This document shows positions 10,904 to 23,700 of a DNA stretch of 64,000 nt, in pieces. The stretch is from Azolla caroliniana (lineage: Eukaryota; Plantae; Polypodiophyta): contig JBHGNT010000012.1 in NCBI GenBank assembly GCA_043228905.1, positions 17,918,001-17,982,000 on the forward strand, read 5' to 3'. A model generated the notes under the pieces. That model was not told the DNA's origin. It did not search any database and saw only the letters and a program-made list of their open reading frames with translations. Each line of letters starts with the position of its first letter. The stretch's first letter is position 1. A program made the position numbers and the translations under genes.

Positions 10904-12873
10904 CAAAGAAAAAGAGTAGAGCAAATGTGGTGTGACCGAAAGTAAACCACCGTGGTTGGAGAGCTGGAAATCTCCATGCTCTCCGCCCACGAATGACAAA
11001 AGCATCTCTCAATACTGCTAGTTTTTCATCAGAGGCGAGTCTTCCACTTGGCTACTGAGGAAAAAGTAGGGATTGAACGTTTCTTATCGCAACCCTTCTT
11101 CGTAGCAGAAGTACCACCCTTTAATCAAAGCCTTACAACAAACAAAAATAGTGATATCCTATTTTCTATACTAAGAATAACAACACGTCTATATGGCATT
11201 GACAACTAGGTAAGCTTGATAATCACGAGCGTTTTCCACACAAAACATTGATTGGTTGTTCTTAATAAGCAAACTTGTAATTGAATGTTTTTATATCCAA
11301 AAATATATATGCATATGAGTTTTCGCACAATAAGTTGCGAAACTGAGAGGTAATAAATAATATTAACAACAAGATATTACCCAACCACAATGCATTGTGT
11401 CTTAGTCCAAATATTTTATATCCACATTGCCTTCCAATGAGGCAACCTTTCATCTAGGATGCTTTAGTTTGAAATGTCTTAAAATTAGGAGAAAAGAAGC
11501 TACTTGGAACTACCACAATCTACCCTGTCGGCTTTTAGTGTACACCCAAAGGAAAATTTGTTCGTTAGAAGCTATGAATTCAAGAAAAAACAAAAATGCA
11601 TTGCAAAGAAAGAATAGGTTGGTTTCTTTGTTCCTTAGTATCTTAATCTTCCATTGCCCACCATCCTACTTAGATATATAAAATGACGAATTCAATCAAT
11701 CGACCATTTATGGACATCTCGTGCTTGAATATTTAAAGTATATTGTTTGTTTCTAAAGGAATATATTCATGGGTATTTTGGTACAAAGCACATTGTGCTT
11801 TTGTGCATAATAATGTCAACCATTGTGGTCTACATGTGTTCGTAAAACCATTTGAGTTGTTATGTTACAAATTTATACATAATTAAATGATATTTTTCTT
11901 GTCAACCCCCTCCCCATTTCAATTTATTCTACTCAAGGATTTTAAGCTTTAGAATCTCCATTGGTATAACGTGATGTTTGACCACTTATAGGTAGTCGGG
12001 GATGATATTTTACAATTGGAGTATGTGAATCTTACTCCAATAACAATAATTTTACTAAAACACAATTCGAAAACTATTAAAAAATGATCTATTGACCATC
12101 ATTCTTGCTTCAATTACCACCAAATCAAACATGTTTAACCAATAATGAACGTGATGGTGCTCTTGGAAAGACAATCTGATAACAACATGTTGTAGTTAAG
12201 CTCTCATTCAAATTAAAATGGGTGATTCGGGAAAAACTTGGAAATACTACAAAGTAGTTCTTCCTTTATTGCTACGCAGAACAACCCTAAGGTTTTGTCG
12301 ATTGTCAAAGGCTTGCTTCGGTCTTGACTCCTCACTACCAACAACACTTAAGGCAATTACAATTACACTCGCCCCTTTCAAGCAGCAATCGAGACATACG
12401 TTCAAGCTAACGGTTCTCCTTATTTCTAACAGACTTCGCAATCGATGCATATGGTCAAGCGAAGGGTTCTCCTTATTTCGAACAGATTCATTCATCCCGA
12501 ACTATCATTTCATTCTCTGAATGCCTTCGATCAGAATAACGCAGATTAAACTTTTTTTGTTTGTTTTTCTTTCATTCTTCATATTCTCGGTGAGGCCACC
12601 ACACCCGCCTAAGGGTTACAATTTAATTCTTGGGCGAGTCAAGCCCAAGATGTATCTTAGGGGTATTCTGGGAAATAAAGGAAAGATATTCAATAAAGGA
12701 AGATAGAGGGGTATTTCCGTAATTACAGAAAACCACTTACACACAGAAGAAAACTCTGTAAGTCGAGTCTTCAGAAGATCCGCCCATCGCCATCGCCATC
12801 GCCAATCAGAGATCCTCATCTCATCACACCATTTCCCCTTCCTCTGTCTTTTTCAGCACCACAAATTTTCTCC

Positions 12874-15358
12874 ATGGTTTCTCTCTCTCTCTCTCTCTCT
12901 CTCAGATTTCTTTCCCCGTCTGATGTTTTCTTCGCTTTATTTTATGAATCTCTTGTTTTCTTTCTTTTCATGCTCTCTAATCCGTCAATCTCTTCCGCAT
13001 GAGAGACGAATGAGACCTTTACCGATTGGATCCTGTCATCCATCCTTTCTAACGCACATTCTGATTATATCGAGCCAATATTGGGCTATGATTTCTAGAC
13101 TTTTTAGCTCGCTAGCCTTGCAAAATCTATCCCAATTTATGCAATTTGGATGGCTCACTTCAGTTTTTCTCTACCTTCAATCCTGCCTACATCTTGGCAT
13201 TTTAATTATTTGTTTCTTCTGCAAAATCTAGGCAATTTAGTTAGCGTTTCGTGCAAAACCTGGTCAACAATTGATCTGGCAACATCCATCCATTGTATTG
13301 TCTCAGATGTTCCTACTTCTTGCTACCCCAATAGGTTTTTCTTCTATCTATGGATCCGATTAATTCCAAATACTGTCCAAACATTCGTTTCTGTAAAATA
13401 GGAAATCGAGTGTATTGCTGTAATGTTTCTAGATCAATATTATTGCTGAGACGCTAGGCATTTTGGGTAGATAATCTTGCAGAATTAAGCCAAGTTTAGG
13501 CATTCTCATTGGTTGATCATGTCAACAAATATATGCAATATAATATTGCCTTTCTGTGAAGTTGTTTCTGTTCTTCTTGTGTCTGTGGATCTGATTACTT
13601 CCATCAGTAGTAGCAAAAGAAGATGCCATCAATCGCCAAAATTCCATTTGATTTCTTGGTATTTTCTGAATCGAAATTTTCTATAAAGAGAGAAGAATCC
13701 AACAGAAATCGTGGAACTTTTGCCCGATTTTGTAATGAAATCCGAATATGAACACTATTTAGCCTACTTCATGTAACAAAATCGTGGAACTTTTGCCCGA
13801 TTTTTGTAGAGTTAAAATTCCTGGAACATTGGTTTCTGCTTTCTGATGATTGTTTTGTTATGTAAAAATCTTTCTGACATTTAAAGCTTTTGGTTCTTAA
13901 GGTCCATTGCCATGCAAAATGTGAATCAAAATGATATGTGGCCTTTTTTTTTTTTAATTATATGAAATTATATTGACAGGCCAATGCAGCCTCTGGCGTG
14001 GCTGTAGACGATGACTGCAAGATCAAGTTTCTCGACCTAAAGAGCAAGAGATGTTATCGCTACATTATCTACAAGATCGATCCCAAGGCTCAAAAGGTTG
14101 TGATCGAGAAGTTGGGAGGTCCTGCAGAAACTTATGATGCTTTCACGGGGTCTTTGCCGGAGAATGATTGCCGATATGCCATCTATGACTATGAATTTGT
14201 CACTTCAGACAATTGCCAAAAGAGCAAGATCTTCTTTTTCGCCTGGTGCATTCAAAAACCTTCCCATCTCTTGTTAAATGCAAGTCTTCTAAAAAATTCG
14301 ATAATATGTGGTTTTACTTGTAAATTTCGATCGAGAGAGTATGGCGTTTAAATTACAAAAGTTGAGCTGTATGGGTCCATTTTGCATGTAAAAATCATTC
14401 AAGGATACACCATCACATGATTGAGATTGATGTTGGCTGAAGGAAGTGCGGAATTTGAACCATTCCATGAATAAGTTTTACATTATGCGTAATCCGAGTG
14501 GCCCACATTTATTGAGTACAAACAGGTTTCTTGTATGTTGTAATTGAATGTCTCTGCAAACCCAAGTCAATATCTAGTACACCTTCATTGTCTAGTAGTA
14601 AATCAGCCCCATATATGTCAGCCAGACTTCATGTCTTATCATATGAAACTGATTTAGATGTGGTCCATTGTTTTGATTAAAGACTTCACCTCCTTCCTAA
14701 ACCTGTCATTCACCTGAAATAGACTTTGGCATTGGGGGATGGAATGCCCATGCTATCTATCCTTTGGAAACCATATGGGAATTTTAATGCGACTGTTGTA
14801 GCTTGATCCAAAGGCAGCATTTCTGTACTTACATCGGAATTCAAATATTTCTCGCAGCAAATGACTACTCCACAAACCTTCAAACTTCAACTCTTTTTTC
14901 TTTTTGATTGGGTGATAAATGAATGGAGACATGATCCATTCCAGATGTGTCTCAAAAACTTTCTAATATATCTGTCCTGTTTAGAATATGCAGCATATGT
15001 AATCCATATATATTGGTTGCTCTGCTTCTTGTTTATAATACTCCCTTATGTGAACTTATGATCATTGTCCTTAAACTCAACTCTCTCTCTCTCTCTCCCA
15101 CACTTCTATTGGGAAGAATCTCATCGATCCAAATGAATTGATCTTTTTTTGTCTCATGGTTTATATGGGTTCTTTCTAGCAGCAGCTTATTTTCCCTATA
15201 TTTTCCACAGGTCTCCTGATGTCGCACCTGTGAGGGCTAAGATGTTGTATGCAAGCTCCAAGGATCGCTTCAAGCGCGAACTCGATGTCACATATGAAAT
15301 TCAAGCGACCGATCCCACCGAAATTGAAATAAAAAACATCCAAGATCGGGCTCGTTGA
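12874..15358 (+). CDS. ADF: Actin-depolymerizing factor, 138 aa; exons 12874-12876, 13980-14245, 15211-15358
   Basis: Typical plant ADF layout with ATG alone in exon 1 and GT-AG introns. Spliced protein [15 protein letters not shown]...[36 protein letters not shown]...QATDPTE; 417 nt, in frame. Confidence 0.97.
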
Positions 15359-15387
15359 CTCCTCATGAAATTGTCCAACATAACGGC

Positions 15388-15576
15388 ATTATCTGATCAA
15401 CGTATTTATGTATAATTGTTTGATGGCAAACAACTTTTTCATGTTCTCTATTGTTCTACTTAAATGCTTGTCTGGGGTTACAATTATCTGATGTATTTAT
15501 GTAGAATTGTTTGATGACATACAACTTTATTATGTTCCAGATTGTTCTACTTAAATGCTTGTCTGGGGTTACAATT
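15388..15576. repeat. ~95-bp tandem duplication in the ADF 3' region
   Basis: Two copies, each ending ATTGTTCTACTTAAATGCTTGTCTGGGGTTACAATT. Confidence 0.85.
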
Positions 15577-15746
15577 GTGGTCATCAGGTTTTTTGGTTTT
15601 TGTTTGGGATCTGTGTTTTATATGTAACTTCTTCTAGAGCATGTCTTGATGTAGGGTCAAAGGCTTTGCATGTCTTGATGTAATTGAGCATTCTTTAAGA
15701 CCGAACAAGGTAGACCAATGTGAGAGGTTTTGGCACAAATGTTCTA

Positions 15747-15927
15747 TTCTATTAGAACTTTGATCTAAGTGTAGGAGAAATGATTGTTAAAAGCATTCAA
15801 ATGTTCAATGGGAGCAATATCACACTAAGGAAATGGTTCTATTAGAACTTTCATCTTAGTGCAAGACAAATGACTATTAAAGCATTGAAATGATCAATGG
15901 GAGCAATATCAAACTAAGGAAATGGTT
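15747..15927. repeat. ~90-bp tandem duplication
   Basis: Two copies of TTCTATTAGAACTTT...CAATGGGAGCAATATCAxACTAAGGAAATGGTT. Confidence 0.85.
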
Positions 15928-17060
15928 TGAAAAAGGATGTCTCATTTAGAGAACCTCGGTTAAGGTGAAAGTTTGATGTGTAACAAGGTCATTTAGTTTT
16001 CATTGGAAATGTTGAATCGGGTAGTCTTTTGGTCATCTAGCATCAATATGATAGAAACGAGCTTTTGAAGTTCATTTAGCATTCACAAATATGCTAGAAC
16101 AAAGCTACGATAAGTCAATGCCTATCCTTTGATAGTTGTGCTTAAACCAAAGTCCTTCGGGACTAACCTCCTTGCAATAAATTATAACGAAATACGTTGT
16201 TATGCGCATGCGTTGCAATATCGCAAGATTCCAAAAGAAGGATGTGAACGAGACCAAAACAAAGGAAGATGGATTTCGTGGTGTTGTCGATGAAGGTTTA
16301 GATTTGAACAAGTATTTGGCTTGTGTCATGGTTCTCATGATCTCTTATTTTTAGTACGTGTGAATACACTTGCATATGTGCATTCTATGTATTTGACACG
16401 ATGGGTTGTATGTGTGCATCTCTATGTGTAATGTGAGTATTTGTAAATTGTAATATATTGAAGTTCTTACAAGCATGTGTGTAAATTGCACATACACTAG
16501 TGTATGATTTGATGAATATATGAATGAGTATGTGGTTGTGTGTGTGTGAATGTGTGTGTTGTATTTGTGTGTATGTGTATCATTTGGTGTGAATGTGTAT
16601 GTACATCTGTTCTTGTATACCTTTATAAGTATTTATGTGTATGTGTGTGTAAGTATTTACATGTATGTAAAAAGACAACGTTAAACTTTAGAACTTTTGG
16701 TGGATAAGTGCAGTTGAAATATGTAAAAAATAAAATTGTTTGGCTAAAGGGAGGGGAATGTTGGTATGAGTAGGGTCTTTATGGATAGATAGGAACTAGT
16801 GTGAAACCTAAGCTTGGGCTCTAACCTAGGTTCAATTAGCAACGTGCAAGACTTGGTGTCAAGATTGAACACACATATGCCTAGCACCAATTGTTGTTGA
16901 TGTTGTCTTGGTGGGCAACATGCCCATATCCTACTCCTTCATGGCTTCTCCCTTTACTTCTTCAACCAGACTACCTAACTACCTAACATGCCCATATCCT
17001 TTACTTCATGGCTTCTCCCTTTACTTAACTACCTAGACTACTAGGAGGTTAAGTCTCATA

Positions 17061-17198
17061 GTTAGTGTCAAACGCTTGTGTGAGCATTGAAGTACCCCAT
17101 ACTTCTGTCAGTCCGTATGGACTTGTACAAAAGTGTTCACTGAACACATACGTTGTACAGAGTTTCAGAGTTAATTTTTCGAATAGAGTTTATGTTTT

Positions 17199-17262
<64 letters not shown>

Positions 17263-18530
17263 CCGCGTACTGCGTATATTCAAGCTCTCCATTAAACCTG
17301 CGTTTTTGTGTTTCGGTTTTCTATTGCTCCTGCACACTATTCTTTTTCATGGTATTAGAGCGCGAGGGTTGAGAACCTCTGCAACCGACATCAACATCTG
17401 AAGACAAACCCTAAGAACAGAAAGAGAAGTAATGGATAGAGGAATGGCTAGCTCGCTCCCAACGGAGAAGCTCGACAGAAACAACTATGCATCTTGGTCC
17501 TACAAGATGCACCAATACCTGCTCGGGCACGGTTACTAGAGTTATGTCAACGGAGCAAATGACACAACACCCAAATTGACACACAAAGATTTCCCGGTGT
17601 GGGAACAGTCGGCGAGCAGAGTATTGTACTACTTCACGTCTTGTGTGGGCGAACAACTCCTAAGCTACATTCGGGATGCAAAAACGCCAAAAGATTCTTA
17701 GGGAAATCTGAAGAAGATTTTCGCCACAAGCACTACAACCAAGAAGCTTCAACTCCGACAGGAGCTGAGCAACCTACGACAACGCGACTTGTCGGTGGCA
17801 GACTACACCTCAAAAATCAAAGACATCTACGACTCTTTGGCCTCCATCGATGTGAATATCGAAGAAGCCGATATGGTGCAAATCTGTCTCGGAGGTTTGG
17901 CGTCAAAGTTCGGAGCGTTCCGAACTGCTGTGTGTACAAGGGAGAATACGCCGTCATTTTTCAACTTATAGTTGATGCTCCTTGTAGAGGAGAACCACGC
18001 CGATGCGTCAACAAGTACACCCACCGACAACCGGATGTTGTACACGGAGGTAGTTCGGCCCCGTGGGCTTGGTGGATGAGGCGGGTCGGCTCGCAATGGT
18101 AGCGTCCGGCAAGAGCAGGACCGAAGGCACAGAGAACGTGCCAACACTAGTTCCGGACCCTCCACAAGCAGGGGGAGTCAAGGCGGCGCCGGAGGCTGGC
18201 AAGCAAAGGCCGACACAGAATGTTGGTACTGTGGTAAAAAGGGCCATAGAGAAAGCGAGTGCTAGAAGAAGCGTCCTGATTCGGACAGATCCGGATTCGG
18301 TAAGGCCGGCAGAGAGAACCGGCAATACTCGCACTACGCAGAAGGATCGGGAGGATCCAAAACCGGAAAAGCCGGTAAAGAGCCAGCCTTGGTGGTGAAA
18401 CACAAGGCTAACTCGATGAAGAAGACCACTTCCAAATCGGAGGAAGTGTGGTATGTTGATTCCAGTGTGTCGAATCACATGACGAGCCACAAAGAGTGGT
18501 TCTCCTTCTTGAAGAAACCGAAACAACCGG
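17061..18530 (+). mobile_element. Degenerate Ty1/copia 5' part (LTR to 17349, PBS, gag, start of protease), same family as 33590-45130
   Basis: PBS TGGTATTAGAGC at 17350-17361. Gag is collinear with 34076-35160, including CWYCGKKGH and WYVDSSVSNHMT. Cut at 18530 by a gypsy LTR. Confidence 0.9.
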
Positions 18531-19006
18531 TGTCGTAGTGTAATTCCTCCGGATGGGACAAGGAGGACTCGGTAAGGAGACCCGGGAAGAACTGGATCAA
18601 GCAGAACCAGCAAGAACCGGATAAAGAAGGCCGGTGAGACTCTCTCACCGGATGAAGAGACAAATTTATAAATAGGAAAAAAAAGATTGTTACATGCATA
18701 GGGCATGATTGATCAATCTAATATATTTGTGGGATTCACGAGTTTATCATCAAAATTCTCTTTCTTACAATCCAAATATTGATTAAATACACTAAAAACG
18801 TGGGATTCACAAGTTTTATTTCTTACTTCTCTTTCTACTTATTCATAACTAGCCTTATATTGTATTCTTCTTTCTCCTAGTCCAAAACCTCAGTGGTTCC
18901 CACCCGACTCACGCAACGATCCAGAGCCGAAAGGCACGACAAAAGTGGTGAACCCGACGTGAAACCGGGTGGCAAGGAGGTGGAAAATCAATTGGGGGCT
19001 AACAAC

Positions 19007-20107
19007 ATGATGGCGATGTTTGAGCGGATGCTACAAGAACAACGCGCGATGTCGGAGATTGCGGCCGCAGTAGAGCGGCTCGTGCAACGGAACGGGCAAT
19101 TCAACGGGAAAGACGTGTCGCGATATTTGCGAGATTACAAGGCGGAAATGCTACGGTGCGGGATTTCAGAAGGACTGCAAGTGACATCCTTCAACTGGGT
19201 GGTGACCGACGGGCTTCAAGGGAGTATCCACGGGATACGGCAGCAAAATCTGACGTGGGAGGCATTTGAAGAGGCGTTAAAGACCATGTTCACCATCGAG
19301 GACTCCTCCAAGGCAACGAGGAGGGGAATCGAAGATTGGGTGGAAACACCAGATAAGGGGATGAAGGTCCTCGATGTGTTTTCATCATTCGAAATTTGGT
19401 TCGGGAGGTTGTCTGCGAGAGATCAAGCTATCCTCACACAAGACAAAGTGATCATGTTCCTACGAGCCGTGGACATCCGGGACCGAAAAGATCTTGGAGT
19501 GCTTTTGGAGGACACGACCACTAAGAGTGGCCTCACCGAAACATGGGAAAGCGTGTGGGATATCGTCGCACGATACATGAAGAGGGGGCAATGGCTTGGT
19601 AGCGAAGAAAAGAGGGTTTCAGAACCGATTCCGAAACCGAGATCCGGATTGGAAGACCATCGACCGAGGGCTCGGGAGACTACGACCGAGAAGGGAATCG
19701 ATGCAACCACGGTGGAGCAGTTGCTGAAAGAAATGGAGAATCTGAAAATCACGATGGTAAAGAAGTCGGATGACCGTCCCACAAGCTCCAAGTATATGGA
19801 CCGTCGGTGCATATGGTGTGATAGCACCGAACATGATCGGAGGGATTGCGACAAGCACAAGGAGGCGTTACGACGGGTTCTTATCTACTACGACGGAAAT
19901 CGGATCCATTCGATGGACTCTCGGAATCCACTCCGACCGAACTTCTGGAAAGGCGGCATGAAGAAGGTCCTTGAGGAGGAAATAGTGGCGAAAAGCAATT
20001 ATGCGACAACTAAGGAAATACGTGTCGGGGAGTCATTAGGAGCAAAGGCATCTTTTTGGCCGGAAGTGCTAGGAAACCCTGAGAAAACCGATTCCAATGA
20101 TATTTGA
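19007..20107 (+). CDS. Gag of the Trp-primed gypsy element
   Basis: FNGKDVSRYLRDYKAEM capsid-like region and CIWCDSTEHDRRDC zinc knuckle. Homologous to the N-terminus of ORF 37483-41463. Confidence 0.8.
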   Translation: MMAMFERMLQEQRAMSEIAAAVERLVQRNGQFNGKDVSRYLRDYKAEMLRCGISEGLQVTSFNWVVTDGLQGSIHGIRQQNLTWEAFEEALKTMFTIEDSSKATRRGIEDWVETPDKGMKVLDVFSSFEIWFGRLSARDQAILTQDKVIMFLRAVDIRDRKDLGVLLEDTTTKSGLTETWESVWDIVARYMKRGQWLGSEEKRVSEPIPKPRSGLEDHRPRARETTTEKGIDATTVEQLLKEMENLKITMVKKSDDRPTSSKYMDRRCIWCDSTEHDRRDCDKHKEALRRVLIYYDGNRIHSMDSRNPLRPNFWKGGMKKVLEEEIVAKSNYATTKEIRVGESLGAKASFWPEVLGNPEKTDSNDI

Positions 20108-20545
20108 AGCACCGCGAAAGGCATCCGAGAAGCTATGGGATGGGAGTGTCCCATTGATAAGAATAGTGTACACACCACCCTATGCCAATTGCATGAAGTG
20201 TATGTAGACGAGAAACGACGACGCACGGATGATGCAGTCAAACCATCAAAGACACCGGAAAGCTGGAACTCCAGAGGGAAGGGAAAAGAAAAGACGATTC
20301 CGGCATTCCCACACAGGAAGAAAACTTTCAGAGCAAAACAAGTACGAATTGGTCCGGATGGGGCATCTACGTAAACGGCTGTAACCGGAGGAAAGAAGAA
20401 AGAATACCGAAAAGTAGAGGATAAGTTACGGTCGGCATCAATAATAAAAGAAGATGAAGAAATCGTGGGGGTAATCGAAGAAGTGTTCTCTGGGAGCACG
20501 TTACAATGGCTTGAAGAGCTTGTGGAGGATAAAAGCCAAGGAGAC

Positions 20546-20665
20546 TGTCATGAACAATACTGAGATAGAGAAGGAATTAGTACTAAACGAAGGATTAGTA
20601 CTATGAGAGGTGTGGAACTTCTTCGAGAGAAGGAAGAAGTGAGCGAGATAGAGAGAAAGAGAGAG

Positions 20666-20706
<41 letters not shown>

Positions 20707-23700
20707 TGATAAGAAAGATATGTATTATATGAAGAGAATATACAATGGTGGCTAAAAGGCTTAAGACTGGTGTTGAACCAATTTGGTTCAACATAATGCC
20801 TAGTGCCCTCTTTTATAGTGTTTTCAGGAGTAATCCTGAAGCTTCTAGAATGTTCCAGAGAAATCTGGAATATACACTAATTTCCTATAATAAAATGTAA
20901 ATGAAAATAATATCCTACGTGTTACAATAGATGATCTAATGGTCAAGAGCTCGACTCATATAACCTAAGGTCATGGGTTCGAGTCTCGCCATATCATGAC
21001 ACTATCCCCCCTTTAAAACGACGAGTGTCAAGAGTCGTCTTGGATTGAGGACCTGGTTTGTGTGGATATTGACGATGGAAGTCTTCAAGAAAAGCACGAG
21101 CATTGGTCACATTCTCGATCGGTTCCCAAGTACGTTCGCTGGGGCTATAGCCTAGCCAATCGACTAGATAATAGAGCTTGTTGCGAACAATCTTGGAATC
21201 AAGGATGGCGGCAACCTCGTACTCCGGCCCATCTTCAAGCTCGGTCGGGGGTGGAGGTTGGATAAGACGTCCTGGGATGGTGCTCTCGTGGTAGAGTTCG
21301 AGGAGAGAACTATGAAACACCAGATGTATCCGAAGTTGAGGAGGTAGATCGAGACGAAAAGCGACATCATTAATCTGTCCAATAATACGGAAAGGACCTA
21401 ATTGCCGATAATCTAACTTCTCACATGGACGAGTAGTCTTGATGTGTCGTCATAGCAGCCACACCCGATCTCCAATATTAAAACTGGATGGAAGTCGATG
21501 ACGATCCGCGTAGACCTTGTGTGTTTGTTAAGCTTGCTGGAGATGAGTAGATAAATCCGCTTGTATCTTGCGTAACTGCTCCAAACGATCCTCCGCGCAC
21601 GGATTTGTGGACACCTCTGGGGTTTCAAGTAATCTCCACCAGGGGTGACATCCCGTATAAGCATAAAATGGCGTGACTTTAGTGGATGCGTGGATAGAGT
21701 TGTTATAGGAAAATTCGGCGAAGTGGAGAATATCTGCCCAGTCATCTTGATGATAGCTGAGAAAGCACCGCAGATATTGCTCCAACGTTTGATTTGTTCG
21801 TTCAGCTTGGACGTCGGTTTGTGGGTGGTAGCCAGAGGAGAGGTTACAAGTGACCTTGAGCATGTTAAAAAGGTGCTTCCAGAATTTTGACACGAACTGG
21901 GGTCCACAGTCACTGATGATACTATCGGGAAGTCCATGATGCCGACATACTTCACGCATAACAATTTCGGCAGTGTCTTCACTAGAGATCTCCTTAGTAC
22001 ATGGCAAGAAATGAGCCATCTTCGTATATCGATCGACCACCGTTAGAATCGCATTGAACCCCTTAGAGATTGGAAGATTTGTGATGAAGTCTAGGGCAAT
22101 GGATTGCCACGGCTTGCTTGGAATTGGTAATGGTTCTAATAAACCATATGGATGATGCCTTGGCATTTTCGCTCTGCAACATGTATCACAAGTCCGAACA
22201 AAATCCTTGACAAATTGTCGGATACAGGGCCACCAGAATGTTCGTTGTACTAAATGTAATGTTTTAGTACTATCAAAATGCCCAGCTATATATGTGTCAT
22301 GACAGTTTTGTACTACTTGAAGGCGGCAAGAACCATTAGGAACATACAAAAGTTCTTTAAAGAAGAGCAATCCATCATGGTATTTGAATTGCCGATAGTC
22401 TGTACCTGGTGGTTGCGACTGTGAACACGACGCTCGAGAGGGATCAATTTGTGCTAGTATAGCTTGGGCGAACGCATCTGTCTTCAAGTCTTCACGTATG
22501 GTATCGATAACGCGTGAATCCATAGGCATGTCAAAGATCTGTGTTGCTTGTAGTAGTGCCGGTCCCAAGATGACTTGTTTTTGGTTATCGAAAGCTGGCT
22601 CGCCGAGACAGGGTGCTAGATACGAACGCCGTGATAATGCATCTGCCTTCCCTTGGTGCCTCCCCGGACGATATGTAATTCTGAAGTCAAAACGCGTGAG
22701 GAAGTGGGCCCACCGAGCTTGACGTCGATTCAACACACGAGCATCCTGAAAGTAGGCAAGATTCTTGTGGTCACTAAATACGGTGACTGGATGAGAGGAT
22801 CCCTCCAGAAAATGCCTCCATTGCATAAAAGAATCCACTATTGCCAATAGCTCCTTATCATCAATTTCGTAGTTGATTTCGGCGGCGTCAAACTTGCGTG
22901 AGTGAAAAGCCACAGGATGTAGCTTCTCATCATTCCCCTGTTGTGATAGAATGCTCCCTAATGCAAAATCCGATGCGTCAGCTTCGATAATGAATGGTTT
23001 TTCCGGATTGACATGAGCTAGTATTGGAGCCGATGTAAATGCCTTTTTAAGACTCTCGAAAGCCATGTCCGTTTCTTCAGACCAGATGAACGGTTGTCCC
23101 TTCCTGGTAAGTTGTGTGAGAGGTAGAACGATCTTTGAGTAATCTTGTATGAACTTCCGGTAAAAATTGGCAAAGCCTAAGAAGCATTGCACATCCCGCA
23201 CCGAACGCGGAGTCTGCCATTCTACCACCGTTTTGACCTTAGCTGGGTCAGTGGAGATGCCTTCTGATGAAATGATGTAGCCGAGAAATTCCACTTGGTT
23301 GCACCCGAAACTACATTTTTCCAGCTTTGCATACAGACCATGTTCTTGAAGTCGTTTTAGTACTAATAGTACATGAGAATCATGTTCTTCTTGGGTCTTT
23401 GAATAAACCAGTAGATCATCCAAATAGATGATCAAACAATCATCCAATAGATCTCGGAATATATCATTAGCCATGTGTTGGAAGACTGTCGGCGCATTAG
23501 TGAGGCCGAACGGCATGACCGTATACTCGAAGTGCCCATATCTGGTGCGAAACGCAGTCTTCCATTAGTCTCCTGGTCGGATCCGTACGAGGTTATATGC
23601 TCCCCGTAAGTCGATCTTCGTGAAGAACGTGGCACCATTGATCCGTTCTAAAAGACTTGAGATAAGGGGAAGAGCATACCTATTCCTGATTGTAACCTTA

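Noticed and set aside
13998-14351. Stand-alone 117-aa ADF ORF
   Set aside because: It is exon 2 running into intron 2; the spliced model explains it.
20928-20995. Functional tRNA gene
   Set aside because: The acceptor and anticodon stems do not pair; kept only as a tRNA-like LTR motif.
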